Assembly: GCF_006345805.1 (NCBI RefSeq)
Contig: NC_043003.1
Span: forward strand, 55,862,001-55,926,000
Length of the DNA: 64,000 nt
Reading direction: 5' to 3'
From: Octopus sinensis
Lineage: Eukaryota
The position numbers and the translations under genes were made by a program. The notes beneath the pieces are model-generated. The model ran no database searches. It saw nothing but the letters and a program-made list of their open reading frames with translations, and was not told the origin of the DNA. Of this stretch, positions 50,966 through 64,000 are shown one piece after another. Position 1 is the stretch's first letter. Every line of letters begins with the position of its first letter.

Positions 50966-53788
50966 CGTCTTTCTGTTTGTCTTTCACCACCTCTTAACTA
51001 TGAACGTTGGTGTGCTTAAGCCACCGTAACTTAGAAGATCTGCTAATGCGTTTCATACAATAAATATTGGGCTTCAAAAATAACAATCACTGGATTCGAT
51101 TTGTTTGACTAAACAATGAAGAGCAGTATTTAAATCACGGGTCAAATCAACCAAGACTGAAATGTGGGCTAGACAAAATCTCTGCTGCCTATTTTGGATA
51201 GCTATTCCAGTAGTAACACTACAACTGGACATACCGCGACCATATTTAGTTGCTTGATAATAACCCATTGAAGCGAGACACTCTTCAGCTCCAAAAGAAT
51301 TAAGGAATATTTTTTTGGAAAACGCGGTGAACCGTTAGAAAGTCGGGTAACGTAACTAAGGACGATATAGTACGGATCTTGAAGCCTGATTCCAAAATCC
51401 GAGCATAGTTGACATTCATTGCTGACTTTCTGGGGGGGAAGTAAAAAGAAAAGAAGCGCCTGTAGAATACTGGTGTCGATATAATCGATTATCTCCCAAC
51501 CAAGAAATCAATAACTTCGTTCGTCCGTTGATGATTACTGCTGATCACTAAAAGATCAAGCAATTAACTATATTTATCCCCACTAGTGAATGGGATAAAA
51601 AATAGTAATTTTCACACACACACACACACACAACAAAATAAACGCACACACACGCAATGCACACGTATATATATATATATACAGGCACACATAAATAATA
51701 TAATATAATATAATATACGGATGGGTGTATGTATTTACATGGTTGTTTTTATGCGTTAACACGACACATATGTATCATGTGTACGTGTGTGTTTGCGTGT
51801 GTGTATCTTTGTGTCTATATAAGTAGTCAAGAGGTTTTGTATGATTTAATCTCGATGTAGAAAAATGTAATTTCGGTGTGTTATACATACATACATATAT
51901 ACGTACAAATGTGTATATGTGTGTGTATGCGTGTGTATGTTTGTATATGTGTATATATATGTGTGTGTTTGTGTGTTTTCAAGAATGTATATGTATATGC
52001 ATTTAAGTACGCATGTATGTGTCATGTATGTATATGTATGTATGCATGTATGGATGTATGAATGTACATACGTACGCAATTATATATATATGCATGTATG
52101 CGTATGTGTTTGTGTGCGTGCCCGTTTGAGTATGTGTTTGTGTGTGTGAGTGTGTGTCTATGTATGTGTGTTTTGTCTGGTGATCTCATGGTAGTAATCT
52201 GAATATCGCAAATTCTGAAGCTTTACTGGGTTTCATAAATAGAAATTCAATTATTGTGGCATTGCACATGAAACCAAAATATAGAAGACTATAAAGATTT
52301 GCTGTAGATAAGTGAGAAGATGGAAACGAAAAAATTACATTAACACATACAGCTTAGCCCAACAAAATTTGCAGGGAATTTACCGACAAAACCAATTTGA
52401 CTATGAACAGGAATGCTTTTGGTATTTATCCTCAAAATATTTATCTACTATAGATGAAGATGATGTAACAGTAGAAAATGGTGTCTGTATTTTTATTGAG
52501 AAAATGGATTCTTAACTGAGGAGCATTCACCCTAGTTATTGTGTGTCTAGAACTGTAACGTCGATTTAAAATTCAAAGACATAGCACTTATATGAAATAA
52601 AATAATGTACAAGAAGATAGTTACAATCGTTGTTCACACAACTAAAATTGTAACACCGAAATATAAATATAAATATAAGGCAGAAAGAAACATAAAAAAG
52701 TAGAAGAAACAACTTTACCATGGGCTCTATCTTTTAAGACTGGACGGGAAAACTTCATGAATGTGAAAGACAAAATTGCTGAATAGTCGTTAATTAAGGA
52801 GGAAAGGCATGGTTTTAGCTCTACAAGATCAAGTCTAACTACAAATAAATTACAAAAATCAATATAACATTAAATGAAGGTGAACCGTAACATATGTGGA
52901 TGAAATCAAAGAAGAAAATACAAATACCTCATTTCCGGATGTCCAAAGTTACCAACGGCAGCATATACAACCAGAGATATGATTCGGTATGTTACTATAT
53001 CAATTTGACATTAGCCGCCAGCTTCTACATGAAAAAAAAAAGTCAATAAGTGGTATAAACCTTCATTAAGCCTCATAATATGTCTAATAACGCTAACGAT
53101 ATATTTATGACGTAATGTTATAAAAGATACATACCTACGATTTCCATCAGGTATTGTTTTTTTGTGGTAGTAAGCAGCATCAGATCAATATGTTGTGGAA
53201 CTGATTCGAATTCGTATAACAGAAAAGAATTGGTTAGAACGCACGATAAGGTATTTGCTGAAGTTAAAGAGATTACATCTAAATTTATTGTAGAGTAGCT
53301 TTTAAATAAAATACAAAAACTTTTCTCAGCTGCCGGCAGGAATAAGATTGTTATGTAAGTAAAATAATACATACTTACATAGGTTTGAACATTAGGAATT
53401 AAATTTGTGCTAACAATCTTCATCGAAGCCAAAGGAAAGCAAGCAACGAAAAGCGTAAGGGACAGTCCCATCTTACTATTATTACATAAATTAATTTAGA
53501 ACCAAATATCGATGGTATAACTTCAGTTACAAGTATTTCTGCTAGTCTATCAAATAATCTGGATACACATATACACATATACATACATTATTGCAATCAT
53601 ACATACACACGTGCAAGTATATGTATACACATAATTATATTTGCCTCTCTATGTACATACACGTACACGCAAGCTCAAAACCACGTATATATCTGCATAT
53701 TCCCATGTGAATGTACATATCTATCTATGTGCTCTATCTCACTCCCTCTCCCTCTCTCTTTCTCTCTCACTCTTCTCACTCTCTCTAT

Positions 53789-53879
<91 letters not shown>

Positions 53880-55129
53880 TATACATATATATACATATAT
53901 ATATGTAAAAATTCATAATGTATAAGCATGTATACATATATATTTGTGTGTATACATGCTTATACATTATAGATTGATAGATTACTTCAATATGCCCATT
54001 GCTTGTAGAGTAAAGAAGAGTAACCTAAAGATTATTTGTATAGGTATGAATTATCAAATACTGAATCATCATTACATATAGAACTGAATCCTTACACTGA
54101 TATAATCATACCGGCCCTCGAATTGCATTGGAACTCTAATAATTAAATACAAACTGTTTGCGCGTGTATCTTGTATTTCTCGATGTACAGCAATTTGCAC
54201 ATGAACATATATACACAGAAAATGAGATACATATCTTGAGAAATATCCACATATATATCGCGCACTCTTACAAATATAACCTTACTTAGTGTACAAGACG
54301 AAACTAACGAGGAAGTATCAATCTGAAAGATATTGCAGCGAGATATTTCTCTAACATGACCATCTTGGAAATGATTAAATATAGGAGATAAGCAAATGCG
54401 GTATGCTTTGCGAGAAATTATAGTGGATAGTCACAGTGAGAATATTGGTCGAACGAGAGATATTTAAAGCGCAACGAAATTTTTATCAGCTCTCGTGCTG
54501 ATTCGAAACGAAAGCTTTCATTCCAAAGCGAAAATGTGTTTATTTGTTTATTTATTTACAGAAAATATTTGAAACTAAAATAAAGCCTCCATCAAATGAT
54601 GGTATTTTAAAAGTAAATTGGAAAAAAAATGTTTTTCAAAAATATAAATTTCCAAGAAACAACCGTGTTAAAACATTTCACAATAACAAATCTTCTAAGA
54701 AAACGGGTTTAAAATTGATAGTATCACACAAAACTCTGTAATTGTGACGCAAAATCTCTTGCATTTATGCAATAGAGAACAAACAAGTTATACACACATG
54801 AATTTCGGCAGATATGTCACAAAGATCATAAATTAGAACTGCCATTCCATCAGTTGCGAGGAAGATTGTTACAGTTGATATGATCTGACCAGCCTACTCG
54901 GGAAATTAACGTGTAAGGTGCTGAGCACTCCACAGACACATATGTGTGTGTGTGTGTATTGACATTTTGATTCAACTTCACCTGTTTACAAATTCTGGGG
55001 TTGCAGGAAACATCACCCTTCTCATCAGATGGATATTCCTCTGTCAGGTTTGAGACAATTTATAACCTTGTCAAGTGACCATCGATGAGGGTTACCTTCT
55101 TTGCAAATTAGTTATGGCTCCACTTACTA

Positions 55130-55864
55130 AATCATCAACAAGAAGGCTGGCTACTATAAAAGTCAGAGTGAAATAAATTCCATAGGAACTTAACGAAATG
55201 CATAAACGCAATCTTGTGCAGATCTAATGACCCTTACTCGACCGTTACAACGATGAAGGTGAAAGCATTTTTAGAGACAATATTCACAGTACATGAAATC
55301 TGTGACCTGCACTTTGAGCCAGAGAATGGAGTGGAAACACTTGGAATTTCCAGCTAAAAAGAAATTCAAGACTCAGCCTTCAGTAGAAACAAGTGATTGT
55401 AACCGTTATTGAGATTCAAAAGGGACTATGATGGAACATCACCGAGAAAAGTTGTGTACAGTCACTAGTATAGGCTGCAGTAAAATGGTAGCCAAGAAAG
55501 TGAAAATGCCAACCTCTTCAGTGAAAGCAAATGTCTTTTGTTACATGACAATGCACGTCCATATATGGCCAACCGCACAATTGAAACCATAACATATTTG
55601 GGTTTTGTGTCACTGGAAACTCTGTATTAAATTCAGATTTCGCTCCTTCTGATTATGATTTCTTTCCATCACTCCAGGATTTTATATGATGCCGTTGATT
55701 TGCTAGGGACAAAGAAGCGCAGGAAGAGTTGCATAAATGGCTGCCCTACCGGCCCAAAGACTTTTGGGAGACGTGCATCAAAAATAATGAAATTGCCCAA
55801 ACATTGCTTTAGTTTACATAAATTACAGAAACAAGAGAACACAAAAGTTTTGACTTACTCACGT
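55130..55864 (+). mobile_element. Degenerate mariner transposase plus 3' TIR remnant
   Basis: MEWKHLEFPAKKKFKTQPS...LLHDNARP..ANRTIETI..DFAPSDYDFFPSL; ends ttttgacttactcacgta, similar to the TIR at 50884-50903. Confidence 0.85.
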
Positions 55865-56842
55865 ACATATATATATATTGTGTGTGTGTTCGTGCGTGCA
55901 TCCGTGTGTATATGTGCGTGCATCCGTGTGTGTATGTGCGTGCGTGTGTGCTCAGAATTTGCACACTAGCTTAAAGCAATTCCGAGACAGACAAAATATA
56001 TTACATTGGTATATTTATATATATATATATGGCAGGAAAAAAACTCTCAGTATTTTGGGAAAATGTGTGTTACTTAGATCGTAGTGTTTTCGTGTTTGAT
56101 AATTCTTCGTTAACAAGAATAATAACCGATACAATGCGATCGATGAACGCTTTTGTAGACCGATTAGGGTGACTGGAGCACAATATTATTGATACTAATG
56201 GACAAAAAAATTTGAAATGAATAGCGTAGAGAAAAGATTTCATATACGACGTTGAGTCAGCAATATACCAAAACAATGTTTATTGGGAGAATGTGTGGGT
56301 GTGATGGAGTGTAGAAAAGAAATAAGAGAAAATGGCTGAGAATTACTACTGAGTGATGTAGGGAGGGGTCTGAGAGGGTCAAGGAATTTGAAAGAGATAT
56401 TAAATAGATAGAGTGAGGCTGAAAGGAATAGAATGAGCGAACAATAAAGGAGGTGAGATAAGAAAGCATGACAGAATGAAAAATACACAGAGTTAGGAAA
56501 AGATGAGAGCCGTGGAAAGTTGTGTAGGAAATATATAAAATTAAAAACAAGAAGAGAGGGAATAAAAAGGTGGTGAGGTGGAGAGCATATAAGACATTCA
56601 AGCAATATGGAGGATGCAGTTACAATAAATATAATACTGGAGAGATTCTAAGTGGGAAAGAGAGAAAGCGAATGAAAGAAATAGGAATAGGAGGGAGATA
56701 ACGATGAGAAAAATAATGAAAAAAAAGCGTTAACGATTATATAAATGTAGAATTATCTGTCTATACAAATACATACACAGACGCTTACACACATAAACAC
56801 ACACACGCATATATAGACATACATATATGCATATACATATAT

Positions 56843-56876
<34 letters not shown>

Positions 56877-56924
56877 GTAATATATATATATATATGTATG
56901 TATGTATGTATGTGTATACGTATG

Positions 56925-56955
<31 letters not shown>

Positions 56956-57068
56956 ATATATATATATCCCCTTATCTATACTTACATACATGCATATATG
57001 CATATTTGTGTGTATGGGAGCATATGTGAGTAAGTGTATCTATGCCTGTGTGTGGAAGATAGAATATC

Positions 57069-57120
<52 letters not shown>

Positions 57121-57679
57121 TTAAGCACGCGCACACACACATATACTATTGTAGTCTTACGTTCGTGGAGGACTAATATTTTGATAAGACGCTAAGAGAG
57201 ACCGAGTTTGTGGTAGCGGTGTACGAGATATAAAACAAAGATGAAAATGATACGTCAGAGGAAAGACAGAGAATAAAAAGAATAGAAAAAATGTCTTTTC
57301 TTCAAGACATTAGCAAAGAAATGGGAAGAAAATAAATTGAAGAAAAAATGACAAAACATAAGAAATTGATATGATTTAGGGAACAAAAATTGGAAAAGAT
57401 TAAACGAATAACAAATATATAATTGTGTATATAACCGTTACCCCGTACTAATTATTTTCATTTTTATTAGTCGCTCATAAAATACTCGTATCCACTCACA
57501 CAGACAAACATATATACACAAACGTGTATATATGTGTGTGTGCATATGCGTGTGTGTGTGTGTGTGTTTATATTTGTATGCGCTGATTATTTCCATTTTT
57601 ATTATACGTTTAATCTCCGTTTTTTTTTCTCCCCCTAAAATCATATGAAACATTGATTTTGCGATTTATATATCGCGAA

Positions 57680-57897
57680 ATCAAAATTCCATATATTCGT
57701 GTATGTGTGCGTGTGTGCGTTTCTGTGTGTGTGGGTGTGTGTATGTTTGCGTGTGTGCCTGAGTGTATGTGTGCGTGTGTATGTATGTGTATGTGTGTGT
57801 TTGTGTGTGTGTTTGTGTGTGTGCTTGTGTGTGTGTGTTTGAGTGTATGTTAATATGTATGCAATGTATAAATGTCCCTATATGTATACACAGAAAG

Positions 57898-57929
<32 letters not shown>

Positions 57930-58280
57930 GTATGTATATACGTATATAATGTATACAAGATATATGTATATACCTCACATATATTTGTATATTTATATAA
58001 TATATAGATAGATATCGTGTAAGTACGCATACGTATCCAGAATTATGTGCATATATATATATATAAAGGGGAAAGAGGGAGATATATATATTACCTCGGT
58101 AAAAATGAGATCGATAAAAATTAAAAGAAATATATAGAAAACTCATAGAAGGATACACGTGTACATACATACACATCTATATATATGCATATATATATGT
58201 ATGTATATATATTTATAAATATATATAAATATATATATATATATATATCTGTGTGCTTATATGTATGTATGTATACACAG

Positions 58281-58311
<31 letters not shown>

Positions 58312-58320
58312 CGTACATAC

Positions 58321-58399
<79 letters not shown>

Positions 58400-58410
58400 C
58401 GTACACACGT
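57680..58410. repeat. Compound TG/TA microsatellite block
   Basis: Direct inspection. Confidence 0.9.
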
Positions 58411-59114
58411 ACATACATCCATAAATAATTGCTTAGAAACGTATGTGTATGATACTAGGAGAGTAAAAAAAGATGGAAGACAGTTTAGAATATAGTAACT
58501 TAGGATGAGAGTGGAGTGGAAGAGAAAGAGAAACGAAAATTACTCTGATAGAGAGTAATAGATAATGAGAGACAGACAGAGAGAGAAAAAAAGAAGAGAG
58601 ATCAAGTGTTTGAGCGCCAGAAGATATTTAACTAAATAAATATAGAAATATTTTAGAAGAGGAAAATATAGACAATAAAATATTAAAATATACCACTCAA
58701 TTTGTTTTCGAATTTTCCAGTGAAATGAAAAGCTTTTTACTTATCATTTCCGCTTTAGTAGACATATTGTGAATGATATGTCAAAAGATGGCGGATATAA
58801 CCGCTTTTAAATATTACGTTTGAACAGAATCGTAGCTCAAATGACGGAAAGAAATGCTGAAGAAAAAATTATATTATAATTTTAAAAGCGATTAGTAGTG
58901 TTAAGAATATTCTCAAATCAGAGTTAAAGACAAATGTTATATTCATTTATGCCACTTCAAAGGCGCGTGACGTTCATTTCATATACGAAAGAGCGTCGTT
59001 TATGTAATAATGAGAAAAGAAACATCTAGTAAACGGCCTACCTCTGATAGCTAGCTTAGAATTTAAATGATTCTGTCAGCTCGACAGTATGTTCAGTGAA
59101 GGTTTTGTGTGTGC

Positions 59115-59170
<56 letters not shown>

Positions 59171-59639
59171 GTGTGTGTGTGTGTGTGAGTGTGTGTAATT
59201 ACAGCTGATATTATATATATTATATATATAAATATATATAAATATATATAAATATATTATATATATAAATTAGAGAACAACCGTCATGTAGCAATTCAAC
59301 AATGATATAATTAAACCATACCATATAGAAAAATTTAATTAATCATATATATATATATATAAGCGTGTGTGTATGAGAGTTTGTGCGTGCGTTTGTGTGT
59401 GTATATGTGTGTATGTGTGTGTGTGTAGATGGTGCTCGGACTAGGAAAAATTTTATACCTTCATTTCTCAAGAACAGCTTGATATATTGGTGAACCAGTA
59501 ACAGCGTTGGAAAGAACAAAGATGAAAGTTGTAATTGAGAAACGGTTAGCTCACATGGAGAACTGGAATCTATGTGAATATTGGAAAAAAGTTACCTATA
59601 TCATGATGCTTTTGAAGTTGCCATTATGACGTAGTTTGA

Positions 59640-60244
59640 AGCTGCCATCAAGACTGCTCCTTAGTCCTCTCTAAAAACACTATATTGTAAAATGTAAGAA
59701 ATGCCATGGAAAGCTACATTAGAGACTATGAAGCATTTAGATATTGTTCTCACTACGGCCGCACGCCGGGATCCAACCCAATATCTTTAAACATGGACTT
59801 AGTTTCAATTCAGATGACCATGTGTGCCAGTAATATACGGTGCATTGTCATGCCTCCGGAAAATCTCAGAAGTGGTTGTCGTGCAAGTTCATCAGCTTCA
59901 ATTACTGACCCCCTAATTTCTTCCGATTGGAATCTGATGAATTACTATGTATGAGGCGAGATTGAAAACGGTACCAACCGCTCTCCTTGCAACACCAAAG
60001 CCAAAACGGTGGCCAAGCCGAGAGATATGTTTTAAGATTTTCTCTGTGACACAATGAGCAACGCATGCACCGTGTTCCGAATCAGTGTGGATGCCGTGGT
60101 GGAAGATGATTGCTACTTTGAGCAAACTGTTATCTTCCAGCCATAATCTAGGTTTCAATTTTTGCAAATGCTTCTATATTTGAATGAAATGCTATGTCTC
60201 ATTTTACTTTCATGCAAACTGTCAGATTGTGGCCGAACACCCTG
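59640..60244 (+). mobile_element. Tc1/mariner-superfamily remnant, 3' half and TIR
   Basis: Degenerate SQKWL..PxxxxDxNxMNYYV*GEIE..TNRSPCNTKA reading; ends gtggccgaacaccctg|TA. Confidence 0.7.
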
Positions 60245-60396
60245 TATTTCTAATAACGGAAAGGTGAATAGCAAAAGCTTGAGTTCAGCGTGGTTTGAAC
60301 TCATTTTCAGATAACTATTAAAACTTAAGTACATGACTGATTCTGCCCCACTTGTTGGTTTTGATGATAATTTGTAACATAAATTCAGAATTGTGT

Positions 60397-60700
60397 GGAG
60401 GCACATTGGCCTAGTGGTTACAGAAGCGAACTCGCGGTCGAGGGATCGCGGATTTGAATCTCAGATCTGGGTATGTGTGTGTTTATGATCAAAACATCTA
60501 AGCTCCAAGAGCCTCCGGCAAAAGGTAATGGTGAACCTCTGCTGACTCTTTCACCACAACTTTATTTCACTCTTTCTTCCCGCATCTAGCAGCTCACCTG
60601 CGATGGATCTGGGTCCCATCCAGGTGGGGAACATATACGTCAATGAAACAAGTAAACCGGTCCTTATGAACCACGCTTGGCTCCAGAAGGAAAAAAACAA
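60397..60700 (+). mobile_element. tRNA-Arg-like SINE (family C)
   Basis: Homologous to 18351-18650. Confidence 0.85.
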
Positions 60701-61176
60701 CAAACTCTGAGTTAGCTTTTGATAATAATTTTTAACATAAACAGGTCACATATTCTGCCGAATAGACATTCAGTTAAAACGATCCGAAATAGTTGATTGC
60801 CACTTAAGTATATCGACCTAATAATTGACGTTAAAAAATTCACAATGGTTTGAACCGAATCTCTAAACATTCTGCTAATCCTAGTCCCCCGTTCTAATGT
60901 TAAATGTCATAATTAGATATTTTGAGAATATATTTGCTGTGAAATTTGCCAGATTTAGTGTCGAGTTTCAATATGTAATTATGAAAAAAAAGTCACATGT
61001 GGAATCTTAAGTTCATAATAAAAAGGAACGTCGTAATTGGTCCAAGGCCAAATGTGAGTAAATAATAACCATGATAATGATGATGAATGTGGTGATGATG
61101 ATGATGATGATCATAATAATAATAATAATAATAATAACAATAATAATAGTAATAATAATAATAATAATAATAATGA

Positions 61177-62232
<1,056 letters not shown>

Positions 62233-62589
62233 TAAGCGGCAGGGAACATTATAGGCATGAATTGACAAGAAGTTTTAGGGGTTTGAATACTTCACCTCTG
62301 AAAACATAGGTGTTCCGTTCATCATCCTTAAACAAACCTTGTTCAAGCTCCTTTTGGGCGTTATGGGTTACTCAACCTGAAGAAATTTCTAACCCGATCC
62401 GGCCTGCAAGATCCTGCACTGATTTTGTCGATATAAGATTACCATCACCATGTCGCGCACAAGTTGGTTTTGATGCATGTGCATGGTGTACACTAAAGAG
62501 ACGAGGAGTCATGACGGATATATTGCACTTCGTATATTTCTATCGTAGTATCATTTTTGATAGTATGCGCTGGTCTCTTAGTCAATAAT

Positions 62590-62626
62590 AATAATGTTAA
62601 TAATGATGATAATTGTGATAATAAGG

Positions 62627-62700
<74 letters not shown>

Positions 62701-62719
62701 TAAAAATAATAATAATAAC

Positions 62720-62758
<39 letters not shown>

Positions 62759-62775
62759 CATCATCATCATCATGA
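62590..62775. repeat. (AAT)n/(GAT)n/(CAT)n array
   Basis: Direct inspection. Confidence 0.9.
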
Positions 62776-62899
62776 GATGAAGGAAGAAACGACAGAAAAA
62801 TTTAATTACATTGTTGACATTACTTATATTCGATGGATATTTGTCCTCATCTTGTTTGTGTTATCCGTCGAATGTAAATAATTTAAATAATGTAAATAA

Positions 62900-64000
62900 T
62901 GTACATAATTCGTAATCTTTTAAATATAGAACAGAAAAAAATAAGGTGGAGTATTAGCGCAGACTGGGACTGCTCCTTAAGCCGAAATTAAACAGACAGA
63001 ATAATATTGAAGTTATCAACACTCCTTAGAAATGGAACAGGGGTAGTCGCATGGACAGCTTAGACAGAAAGACAAGAAAGTTGCTGATTAGATATGGGAT
63101 ACTCCACCCCAAAATTGACAAAGACAGACTGTATGTACTAAGAAAAAGAGGGGGAAGAGAATGATTGGGTGCGAACAGAGCGTAAGAAAAGAAGAAAGTG
63201 ACATAGCATGGTATGTAAAAAATGCCACAAAAACGCTATTATTGAAAGTAAGGTCAGGTTTGTGTAGGATGGAAGACTGCAAAGGTAAAGCACTGTACAA
63301 GCACTTGGGAATGAATGAAATTGAAAATAGGTGGATAAAGAAGAGAATGCACAGACGATATCATAGGGATGTTGAAGATAAGACAGATAGAAAAAAAGAT
63401 GCTTATGGAAGACTAAAACTGATTTAAAACCGGAAACGGATGCTCTAATCTCAGCTGCCCAAGAGCAAGCATTAAGAACCAATTAAATCAAATACCGAAT
63501 AACAACACATCAGAAAAGGATAAGTGCAGAATTAGTGGACAACATGTTGAAACCGTATGGAATATTTCCAGACAATGTACGCCACCCCCCCCCACTACCC
63601 CAGAAAGAATATGAGAGGCCATGACAATATAGCATGGATTGTCTATTGGACTGCAAAAATGTGGTACGAACGTAAACCCCCCAGGAAACCATTGAAAATG
63701 ACAACACAATCATCCTATAGGATTTTATGAATGAGTGTGACTACGAGATAGAGAAATGGAAACCAGACGTAGTCTTAATTGAGAAAGCAATCAAACAATA
63801 CTGGATCACAGAAAACAAGGTATGCGATAAGGAAGAAAGAAAATTCGATAGTTATAACAGGTTATCTTGGGAGGTTAAGCAGTTGCGGTGGCTGAAATAG
63901 GTGGTAATAGTACGAATAATTGTCAGAGACAATCTCAAGAATTACATGGAATAAATAGCGGCTCCAATACGGGTGGAGCACTTGCAGAAAACAACACTGC
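62900..64000 (+). mobile_element. Older, heavily degenerate R4/Dong-clade LINE, running off the window end
   Basis: LDRKTRKLLIRYGILHPKIDKDRLYVLRKRGGR..PETDALISAAQEQALRTN..IENDNTIIL*DF..WKPDVVLI. Confidence 0.85.

Noticed and set aside
54985-55035. CTGATGA core on the minus strand
   Set aside because: No matching stem II or GAAA.

Overview
AT-rich, microsatellite-saturated, repeat-dominated eukaryotic DNA. It is intronic or intergenic, and no host gene could be confidently recognised. From recall of the repeat families (tRNA-derived SINEs, (TAA)n-associated R4/Dong LINEs, RTE, CR1, Penelope, mariner, Helitron-like elements), the source is most likely an octopod cephalopod; this is inference and was not database-verified. 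Almost all ORFs in the supplied track are microsatellite artefacts, and the recognisable protein-coding remnants all come from transposons. The most notable signal is a set of type I hammerhead-ribozyme motifs of several unrelated sequence families, associated with Penelope-like remnants and their inverted repeats. One tandem pair spaced 363 nt apart carries the compensatory U3-A8 core variant. Other points of interest are long direct repeats flanking insertions (43 bp and 116 bp), an RTE copy lacking its whole RT domain, Dong copies embedded in TAA arrays with near-identical 5' truncation points, and a SINE-like/CR1 shared 3' tail.
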